Part shown: piece after piece, positions 10,356 through 18,457 of the stretch
Layout of the letters: every line of letters begins with the position of its first letter
How positions within the stretch are numbered: the stretch's first letter is position 1
Assembly: GCA_963749915.1 (NCBI GenBank)
Contig: CAVVOP010000021.1
Location: forward strand, 704,001 to 768,000
Direction of reading: 5' to 3'
DNA: 64,000 bases
Origin: an uncultured cyanobacterium
GTDB lineage: Bacteria > Cyanobacteriota > Cyanobacteriia > Cyanobacteriales > Cyanobacteriaceae
The notes under the pieces: model-generated
The model's input: the letters and a program-made list of their open reading frames with translations, nothing else
Database searches by the model: none
Told to the model about the DNA's origin: nothing
Made by a program: the position numbers and the translations under genes

Positions 10356-11522
10356 ATGATATTTGATTGGTTAATTGTAGGAGCAGGATATTCAGCTTGT
10401 GTTCTAGCCGAGCGAATTGCGACTCAACTGGGACAGAGGGTATTGATCGTTGAACGGCGAGATCATATTGGTGGCAATGCTTACGATTATTACAATGAGC
10501 ATGGCATCCTGGTTCATAAATACGGTCCTCACATCTTTCATACCAAGTCTAAAAAAGTCTGGGATTATCTCTCTCAATTCACAGAATGGAGACACTACCA
10601 TCATCATGTATTGGGAGTAGTAGAAGGAAAGAAAGTTCCCATTCCTTTTAATCTCAATTCCCTATACGCCCTTTTTCCGCCAAAGTACGCAGAAAGGCTG
10701 GAAAATTTACTGCTAGAAAACTTCGGTTTTGGAGTAAAAGTACCTATTTTAAAACTGCGGGAAAGTACCAGTGGAGATTTAAGTTTTCTCGCTGATTACA
10801 TTTATGAAAATATCTTCCTTCGCTACACCATGAAGCAATGGGGAGTTAAACCAGAAGAACTGGATCGTGGCGTAACGGGGCGCGTACCAGTTTATCTCAG
10901 TCGGGATAATCGTTATTTTCAAGACCCTTACCAAGCAATGCCCAAGCTTGGCTACACGGAAATGTTCCGGCGAATGCTGGCTCATCCCAATATCAAGGTG
11001 TTGCTTAATACCGATTACCGCGAAATCATTAAAGATGTCAAGTTTAATCGGCTAGTTTGTACCGGACCAATCGATACTTTCTTCGACTATATGTATGGGG
11101 AATTGCCCTATCGCAGTCTGCACTTTCAATTCGAGACTTTAGATCAAGAGCAATATCAAGAAGTGGGTACAGTTAACTACCCCAATGACTACGATATCAC
11201 CCGCATTACTGAACAAAAGTATTTGTCAGGACAAACTTCTCCCAAAACTACCTTGGTCAGGGAGTATCCCCAGGCTTATGTACCGGGTCAAAATGACCCC
11301 TATTATCCCATCTTGAATGAGGACAACCGCGATCGCCTGAATCTTTACCTCAAAGAAGTAGAAAACCTCAGGGGTACGGTCTTGTTTGCCGGAAGACTGG
11401 CAGACTACAAGTATTACGACATGGATCAAGCCGTCATTCGAGCTTTAGGGTTGTTTGAAAAAGAAATAGCCCGGCCAACTCAGTTAGAACGAAGTAAACG
11501 AAGAGAGCTAATTTCTGTTTAA
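10356..11522 (+). CDS. glf: UDP-galactopyranose mutase
   Basis: IVGAGYS, HIGGNAYD, HKYGPHIFHT, YTMKQWG, LPYRSL, PYYP, GRLADYKYYDMDQ. Confidence 0.93.
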   Translation: MIFDWLIVGAGYSACVLAERIATQLGQRVLIVERRDHIGGNAYDYYNEHGILVHKYGPHIFHTKSKKVWDYLSQFTEWRHYHHHVLGVVEGKKVPIPFNLNSLYALFPPKYAERLENLLLENFGFGVKVPILKLRESTSGDLSFLADYIYENIFLRYTMKQWGVKPEELDRGVTGRVPVYLSRDNRYFQDPYQAMPKLGYTEMFRRMLAHPNIKVLLNTDYREIIKDVKFNRLVCTGPIDTFFDYMYGELPYRSLHFQFETLDQEQYQEVGTVNYPNDYDITRITEQKYLSGQTSPKTTLVREYPQAYVPGQNDPYYPILNEDNRDRLNLYLKEVENLRGTVLFAGRLADYKYYDMDQAVIRALGLFEKEIARPTQLERSKRRELISV

Positions 11523-11571
11523 CTCGCCAAAACCTATCGAGATTTAACTATCAAGAATAAGAAAAACTGTC

Positions 11572-12489
11572 ATGAAACAACCACAAGCTATTTTAAATAA
11601 GCAACGTCTCGACTGTCCGATCTGTAATTATCACGTCGATCCGAACAATGAATCGGCATTTGTTACTTTCTCCTGCAACCTGAGAGCCTTTGCCGATGAA
11701 AAATTTAGGGTTTGGCGATGTCCCGATTGCCAGACAATTCACTGTTTAGATGTGGTCGATCTGGACTACTACTACTCAAAATACCCCTATGGTGAGTTAG
11801 CTTTAACACCACCATTACGTCTCGTTTATCAGAATCTATATCGACGGCTTGCCAAACATGGATTTTCCCAGAATCATTCACTGCTCGATTATGGCTGTGG
11901 CAAGGGCTTGTTTATTCAATATCTGCGAGAGCGCGGCTTTAAAAATTGCCACGGATATGATCCCTATGGACCCCCAGAAGATTTCGGCGATCCGTCAACT
12001 CTCCAATGGGGTCAATTTGATTATATATTACTTTCCGATGTAATCGAACACGTTGAAGATCCTTACTCCCTCTTAGCTAAGTTAGACGGTCTCCTCGCCC
12101 CTGGCGGTCAGATTCTGATTGGTACGCCCAATGCAGCCAATATCGACCTGTCCCAGCCCGACCTATCCGATTATTATAACGAAGTTCACGTTCCCTATCA
12201 CCTTCATATCTACACTCGCCAATCAATTGAAGCCCTGGGCAATGGCCAGGGCTGGAAGCCTATTGATTTCTTCGAGCGAGCCTACTACGACGTACCTTGG
12301 TTGGGTTTGAATGCTCGTGCCTGGAATCAATACCAACGCCTCTGCGATGGCACAATTAATGCCGTTGTCGAAGACGCGATCGAGCTAGGGAAAGCATTAA
12401 CTTCTTACAAGTTCATCTTTTATGCAATTTTCGGCTATTGGTTGAGTTTGCGAACGGGGATGGATATTGTGTTTCGCAAAAGTAATTAA
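11572..12489 (+). CDS. Class I SAM-dependent methyltransferase with N-terminal Cys (Zn-ribbon-like) motif
   Basis: CPIC...CPDC; LLDYGCGKG; DVIEHVEDP; GTPN. Confidence 0.85.
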   Translation: MKQPQAILNKQRLDCPICNYHVDPNNESAFVTFSCNLRAFADEKFRVWRCPDCQTIHCLDVVDLDYYYSKYPYGELALTPPLRLVYQNLYRRLAKHGFSQNHSLLDYGCGKGLFIQYLRERGFKNCHGYDPYGPPEDFGDPSTLQWGQFDYILLSDVIEHVEDPYSLLAKLDGLLAPGGQILIGTPNAANIDLSQPDLSDYYNEVHVPYHLHIYTRQSIEALGNGQGWKPIDFFERAYYDVPWLGLNARAWNQYQRLCDGTINAVVEDAIELGKALTSYKFIFYAIFGYWLSLRTGMDIVFRKSN

Positions 12490-12524
12490 TCAAAAGACTC
12501 TTAATTTAAATAAGGAATTTATTT

Positions 12525-13751
12525 ATGAACATATCCCAATCATCTCCTCCAAAAGAAAAATTTGTAATTAACGTCATCACCGGACAGGGTGGTGGCGGGC
12601 ATTACGCCAGCTATCATGCCATCCGCGCTATTGCCGAGCAACAAAAACTACCTTGGCATTTCCAAGTTACTGACATGGATGAAATCATCGCCAACTTAGC
12701 ACGACAAAATCAGGTGAAAAACGCTTATGAAATGTTGGGGTTTTCCGGGCATGACCTCTATAATCTGATGCAAAAAAGTGGTTGGACATGGCTTTGGCCC
12801 TTAAAGATGCGCCTGAATAAATTTTTGGTCAAACTCAATTACGATGTCGGTGTCAAGATTTTTGAGGAATACTGGCGTGAGCAACAGCCCGATTTAGTTG
12901 TCTCTGTAATGCCTTTATACAATAAAGGACTCTCGGAAAGTTTAGAAAAAGCAAAACCAGGAACTCCTTATGTAACTGTTCCCGTAGATTTTGCCGACTA
13001 TCCACCGGCATTTTGGCTCGAGCCAGAAGCTAATAATTACACGGTCTGTGGTACGGAAAAAGCTGTTGAGCAAGCGCGATCCCTGGGAGTAAAAGAGGAG
13101 CTAATCGTTCCATCTTCAGGCATGGTAATTCATCCTCGTTTCTACGAACCCCTAGAAGGCGATCGTCGTGGCGAAAGAGAACGTTTGGGTTTAGATCCTA
13201 ACTGTTTAACGGGAATTGCCATGTTTGGGGGTAACGGCTCTAAAACAATGTTAGAAATTGCCAACCGTCTGGAGTCCTTTGGGGACAAGCTACAACTGAT
13301 ATTCCTTTGCGGACGCAATCAAGAACTGGCGTCAACTTTACGCCAATATCAAGGTATTCAGAAACGGTTTATCACTACTTTTACCGCAGACGTCCCTTAT
13401 TATATGCACCTTGGTGATTTCTTTATCGGCAAACCAGGACCTGGGAGTCTTAGCGAAGCATTGGCAATGAAGTTACCAGTGATTACAGAATGCAATGCTT
13501 CGACCCTTATTCACGAGCGATATAACGCCGAATGGGTTCGGGAGAAAGGAGTAGGATTAGTTGTTCGCAATTTTCGCCAGATCGAAAAGGCGATGGCGCA
13601 GTTTTTAGAGCCAGAAACTTTTGCTCAATATAGAGCCAATGTTGCAGCATTGAACAACCGCGGGGTATTTGAAGTTGCTGCTTTTTTACAAAAGATTTTG
13701 GCTACTAGAGACAAAAAAATAAAAGTCACAGAACTCCTAAAGCAAAATTAG
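12525..13751 (+). CDS. GT28 / MGDG-synthase-like glycosyltransferase (paralog 2)
   Basis: GGGGHYA, PDLVVS, LCGRN, GKPGPGSLSEA. Confidence 0.85.
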   Translation: MNISQSSPPKEKFVINVITGQGGGGHYASYHAIRAIAEQQKLPWHFQVTDMDEIIANLARQNQVKNAYEMLGFSGHDLYNLMQKSGWTWLWPLKMRLNKFLVKLNYDVGVKIFEEYWREQQPDLVVSVMPLYNKGLSESLEKAKPGTPYVTVPVDFADYPPAFWLEPEANNYTVCGTEKAVEQARSLGVKEELIVPSSGMVIHPRFYEPLEGDRRGERERLGLDPNCLTGIAMFGGNGSKTMLEIANRLESFGDKLQLIFLCGRNQELASTLRQYQGIQKRFITTFTADVPYYMHLGDFFIGKPGPGSLSEALAMKLPVITECNASTLIHERYNAEWVREKGVGLVVRNFRQIEKAMAQFLEPETFAQYRANVAALNNRGVFEVAAFLQKILATRDKKIKVTELLKQN

Positions 13752-13765
13752 TTAATTTAATCTCG

Positions 13766-14677
13766 ATGAATGATTTGAATCCATTAAACTCGTTTTTTTT
13801 CGATCATAAAGCTCCGACTTATTTGATAGCACTTATTCTGGAAGTAATTATTCTTTATCCTTTATTTGGTTTCTTTAAATGGTCTCTGCTTTCTAGAATG
13901 AAAATGCCTTTGACTGAACGAAAACTGATTTTCTCCAATCGCAGAAAATACTTTGAACTAAAATATTTTATTAATAGATATGGCGATAGAAATCTGAGAA
14001 TTGTAGATGGTCTTTCTCGCAAGCTGCTTCATATAGCCACAGGTCTTTGGCAGTTGGCAATCTTGAATTTATTGATTAAAGATACTTATGTAGCCTTTAA
14101 AGTTACATTGACTTATCAAATTACTATGGTTTTTCTGAGTATAGTCAGCTATTCATCCAACAAGATCATCGGCTTGGCTGGATTATTGTATGGTGCCTCC
14201 AGTCGAATTCGGGATGGGGTCTATGGTAGAAAAAATCTCTTAGTGGCTCGATTATCATTTCTGAATTTATTACCATTAATGTTCATAGACTCCCTGGCTA
14301 GAAACCAGGTGTCAGATCCAATTAACCTAGTATTTTTTTCATTTTTTATATTTTTGCCTTTAACCATTGGTGATGCTTTAGGTGAAATCATCGGAACTAT
14401 ATGGGGAAAGCAAAAACTCCACGTCTGGGGGGTAGGTGAAATTAATCGCAAATCTCTACTGGGAACAGCTTCTGTTTTTCTTGGGAGTTTATTGCCTCTG
14501 TTGTTAATAGTTTTTTTTAATGGTTTGCCTTGGTCATGGTGGCTAATGTGTCTGTCTATTGCCATCATAACTACTATAGTTGAACTGATTAGTCCCAGAG
14601 GAACAGATAACTTTTTTATCCCTTTAGGTAATGCTTTAGTTTGCCTAATTTTTGTCAATGGGTTCGCCGCTATATAG
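13766..14677 (+). CDS. Membrane phytol/dolichol/diacylglycerol kinase-like protein (CTP-dependent lipid kinase family)
   Basis: Multiple hydrophobic helices; RKLLHI, GDALGEIIG..WGK, RKS..GT, ELISPRGTDNFFIP. Confidence 0.7.
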   Translation: MNDLNPLNSFFFDHKAPTYLIALILEVIILYPLFGFFKWSLLSRMKMPLTERKLIFSNRRKYFELKYFINRYGDRNLRIVDGLSRKLLHIATGLWQLAILNLLIKDTYVAFKVTLTYQITMVFLSIVSYSSNKIIGLAGLLYGASSRIRDGVYGRKNLLVARLSFLNLLPLMFIDSLARNQVSDPINLVFFSFFIFLPLTIGDALGEIIGTIWGKQKLHVWGVGEINRKSLLGTASVFLGSLLPLLLIVFFNGLPWSWWLMCLSIAIITTIVELISPRGTDNFFIPLGNALVCLIFVNGFAAI

Positions 14678-14686
14678 GGGCTAATA

Positions 14687-14780
14687 CAATACTGCTCGGT
14701 TAGTTCCAAAAAGATTACTGTGAGGGAAAAGTAATAAGTAATAAGTAATAAGTAATAAGTAATAAGTAATAAGTAAGTAG
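14687..14780 (+). repeat. MITE-like end (CAATACTGCTCGGTT) followed by six tandem AAGTAAT heptamers (STRR)
   Basis: The same 15-mer occurs at 45780; AAGTAAT x6 at 14729-14770. Confidence 0.8.
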
Positions 14781-14813
14781 TATAAAAATCAGGCGTCCAT
14801 CGGGAATGAAAAC

Positions 14814-16049
14814 ATGACTATTGAAATCAAATCTAAACAAAAGTTTTTGATTAATGTTGTTACCGGCAAAGGTGGTGGTGGTCATTACGCCACTTATCAT
14901 GCCATCCGTGCCCTTACCCAGCAGAAACAACTACCTTGGCGTTTCCAAGTCACCGATATGGACGACATTATGGCAAGCATGACAGAGGAAAAAAAGGTAG
15001 TAAATGCTTACAGCCCATTGGGATTCTCTGTACATGACTTGTACAACCTAATGCTGAAAAGCGGTTGGACGTGGCTTTGGCCGTTGCAGATGCGCCTCAA
15101 TAAGCTCCTCGTTAAACTCAATTACGATGCTGGAGTCAAGTTTTTTGAGCAATACTGGTGCGAGCATCAACCTGACATGGTAATTTCCGTCGTGACTATG
15201 TGCAATCAAGTTTTATCAGACGCATTACAGAGAGTTAAACCTGGTACGCCTTATGTAACCATCCCTATCGATTTTGCTGATTATCCGCCGGGGTTTTGGT
15301 TTGAGCCAGCAACTAATAATTATACGGTTTGTGCCACTGAAAAGGCACTCGAACAAGCGCGATCGCTCGGGGTGAAAGAAGAGCTAATCTTCCCCACTTC
15401 CGGGATGGTAATTCACCCTCGTTTTTATGAACCGATGGATTGCGATCGCGCTACCGAAAGACAAAAATTGGGTTTAGACCCAGACTGTTTGACTGGAATT
15501 GTCATGTTTGGTGGTAATGGCTCGCAAGTAATGGTCAAAATAGCTAGGGTTTTGCAGCATTTTGGCGAAAAACTACAACTAATTTTTCTGTGCGGACGCA
15601 ATCAGGAACTAGCAGAAATTTTAGCTAACAATCAAGGTTGTCAAAAAAGATTTGTGGCTACCTTCACTACAGATGTTCCTTACTATATGCATCTTGCCGA
15701 TTTCTTCATCGGGAAACCAGGACCGGGAAGTCTTAGCGAAGCTTTAGCTATGAAGTTGCCAATAATCACCGAATGCAATGCTTCTACTCTAATTCATGAA
15801 AAATACAATACCGAGTGGGTTCAAGAAAAGCAAGTCGGTTTGGTACTGCCTAATTTTCGCCAGATAGATCATGCCGTCGAACAGTTTTTGCAGCCGGAAA
15901 CCTTTGCTCGTTACCAAGCTAATGTCGCTGATGTAAACAATCGCGCTGTGTTTGAGGTAGCCGATCTCTTACAGGAAATTCTTGCAAATCACTACCAGCC
16001 AGTATTGTCGGAAACCCTCAGGCAAATACTTCAAGTGGGCTACCCATGA
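14814..16049 (+). CDS. GT28 / MGDG-synthase-like glycosyltransferase (paralog 3)
   Basis: Long near-identical stretches with 12525..13751 (SGWTWLWPL, GKPGPGSLSEALAMKLP). Confidence 0.85.
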   Translation: MTIEIKSKQKFLINVVTGKGGGGHYATYHAIRALTQQKQLPWRFQVTDMDDIMASMTEEKKVVNAYSPLGFSVHDLYNLMLKSGWTWLWPLQMRLNKLLVKLNYDAGVKFFEQYWCEHQPDMVISVVTMCNQVLSDALQRVKPGTPYVTIPIDFADYPPGFWFEPATNNYTVCATEKALEQARSLGVKEELIFPTSGMVIHPRFYEPMDCDRATERQKLGLDPDCLTGIVMFGGNGSQVMVKIARVLQHFGEKLQLIFLCGRNQELAEILANNQGCQKRFVATFTTDVPYYMHLADFFIGKPGPGSLSEALAMKLPIITECNASTLIHEKYNTEWVQEKQVGLVLPNFRQIDHAVEQFLQPETFARYQANVADVNNRAVFEVADLLQEILANHYQPVLSETLRQILQVGYP

Positions 16050-16166
16050 TGACGTAATCGCTCCGGATTTTCCCCTCAAGTGCGTTGAGGTACTCGAACG
16101 AGATCCTTCCGTGGTCTTGTGTCACTTCCAGACAAATTGTGCTAGGACAAGTTTTTAGGTGTAACT

Positions 16167-17732
16167 ATGAAATCAATTCAAAAAAAACAAATCGAGAACC
16201 AAAAAACAATAACGCAGACCAAACAAAATCGTTTCAAAGTGCTCACGCTATCGGCGATGTGTTTGACACTTTTCATGACTAATCTCAATGATACGGTTAT
16301 GAATGTGGCACTTCCCCAAATTCAAATAATTTTGGGTTCTAATGTGTCGGGATTACAATGGATTCTCAACGCCTACACCCTAACGGCAGCTAGTCTCATG
16401 CTGCCAAGTGGAACCTTGGGAGATATTTATGGACGCAAGCGAGTTTTTCTGATGGGACTGGTAATTTTTACCATTGCTTCTCTAGCCTGCGGACTCGCTC
16501 CCAATTTGGCCACTTTGATTGTCGGACGAATGCTCCAAGGAATAGGTGCTGCTGCCTTAATCCCAACTTCTCTGGCCATCCTCACCGATACTTTCCCCGA
16601 ACCGACGGAGAAAACTAAAGCGATTGGTGTTTGGTCTGCGGTGTCAGGAATTGCTCTGGTTCTAGGTCCGGTGTTTGGTGGAGTCCTGGTAGATAATTTG
16701 GGATGGCAGAGCGTGTTCTTTCTTAATCTACCCCTAGGTGCGCTCGCTTTTTGGGTGAGTTGTCGTTTTGTTGGGAAAGGTAGACATCCCAGTCAGCAAA
16801 GTATAGATTTACTAGGTATCTTGCTGAGTGTCGGCTTACTAGCTTCGGTTACCTATGTTCTGACGGAGGGAAATACGTCGGTTGGGCGATCGCTCTGGCT
16901 ATTAGCAATTGCTATCTTTAGTTTGCTAGCATTTCTGTTGGTTGAGTCCCACAGTCGTCACCCGATGTTGCCCCTCAAGCTGTTCCAAAAACCAGCATTT
17001 GCTGTAGTTAATCTGGTCAATATTCTGGTATTTTTTACTTTCCTGAGCTTAATCTTCATTTTTAGTCTTTTCCTGCAGCAAGTACAGGGATATTCAGCTA
17101 CGGCAGCAGGAATGCGCTTTTTGCCCCTGAATGGAGCCTTTGTGAGCGCCTTGCTCGTTTCTGGATGGTTTGCAGCTCGGCTCGGCTGGCGTTTTACGAT
17201 CGCAGCAGGATTGATGCTGGCGAGCGTAGCGACCTTTTCTTTTATCCGCATCGGTGCCAATACCGAGTATGGAGTAATGTGGGCGGGGCTGGTTCTCTCA
17301 GGTTTTGGCGGTGGATTGACTCTGGCACCCTTAGCAACGGTAGCTTTAAGTTCTGTACTCCCAACTCAAGTGGGAATTGCTTCCGCCTTACTCAACGTCA
17401 CCACCCGTTTCGGTGGTGTTTTGGGAATTGCCCTCCAGGGCAAGATTCTTTCTCAAAGGCTCACCTTAGACTTGACCAGATCTCTCTCTGATTGGAACTT
17501 GCCCTCTACCTTGCAAGAGCGATTAATCGCCGCTGCTTTGCATGGCGGTTCCAAAGTTCCCAATGCCCTTCCCCTGAGCATTTCTCCCTCAGTTTGGCAT
17601 CAAGCCTTTAGTCAAGCATTTGTGTCGGGGTTACATGCTGCTATTTTAATCGCCAGTGTTGTTCTCTTAGTTGGAGCATTTTTAATTCTGGTGTTTGTAC
17701 CACCGATGCTGAAGGAGCGATCCCAGGTTTGA
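16167..17732 (+). CDS. MFS DHA2 (EmrB/QacA-type) efflux transporter
   Basis: NVALP, WILNAYTL, GTLGDIYGRKR, GRMLQGIG, WQSVFFLNLP; many hydrophobic segments. Confidence 0.92.
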   Translation: MKSIQKKQIENQKTITQTKQNRFKVLTLSAMCLTLFMTNLNDTVMNVALPQIQIILGSNVSGLQWILNAYTLTAASLMLPSGTLGDIYGRKRVFLMGLVIFTIASLACGLAPNLATLIVGRMLQGIGAAALIPTSLAILTDTFPEPTEKTKAIGVWSAVSGIALVLGPVFGGVLVDNLGWQSVFFLNLPLGALAFWVSCRFVGKGRHPSQQSIDLLGILLSVGLLASVTYVLTEGNTSVGRSLWLLAIAIFSLLAFLLVESHSRHPMLPLKLFQKPAFAVVNLVNILVFFTFLSLIFIFSLFLQQVQGYSATAAGMRFLPLNGAFVSALLVSGWFAARLGWRFTIAAGLMLASVATFSFIRIGANTEYGVMWAGLVLSGFGGGLTLAPLATVALSSVLPTQVGIASALLNVTTRFGGVLGIALQGKILSQRLTLDLTRSLSDWNLPSTLQERLIAAALHGGSKVPNALPLSISPSVWHQAFSQAFVSGLHAAILIASVVLLVGAFLILVFVPPMLKERSQV

Positions 17733-18457
17733 ATTGAGATCATTGAGTATTGTGGATTAAACTCAGCAATTCTATAAAGTAAAGAGACAAACAAAATTGT
17801 TTGAGAAAAGGAGAAAATGTGACACAAAATACTTGACAAAACTTTCCGGAAGAATTAGTATTTAGTGAGTATTTTCACTTATTCCTCTAAACAACAAATT
17901 AAATATGGTTCCAACAGAAGAACTTTCACGAAAAGGAGATTAGAAATCGTGCAGCAAACATCTAATTCTATCCCCTTACCTTCCTTGATTCCGAATCAAA
18001 ATAAATCAAAAACACATCCGGCAATTATGACACGTATCAGAAAATTTTATCGAACTTCGTAAAATTTCTTAACAATCAAAACAGCTACGAGAACACCGAT
18101 TCACTATTTAATATTTTCTTAATGTTATGCAATGAACAAGTGCTGAAACTCATATTTTTTGCGTTACATTCTTTGTTTTGTAGTATACAAAAATGTTTAT
18201 TTAATTGGTGTTCTAGAAGGTTTTATTAATCACCACTATGGTTAATTTTGGTACAAAATAATATTCTCCAAAAGTTGCCAAAGGACGAAAGGTACGTTAC
18301 TTATTTAGGGGCTCTTTAATCTTTAGAAAACCTCTTTTTTTAGTGCGGTAATGGGTGCACCCAGAAATCTTCCTTTCCCTCTTGCTCAACTTGGAGACTT
18401 TTTGTGCAACATTTTTCTGAAAAAAAATAGTAAAACATCTACAAAAAGTAAACAATA

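Noticed and set aside
14715..14930. 71-aa minus-strand ORF with LLITYY repeats
   Set aside because: Translation of the AAGTAAT heptamer array; overlaps a real GT gene antisense.
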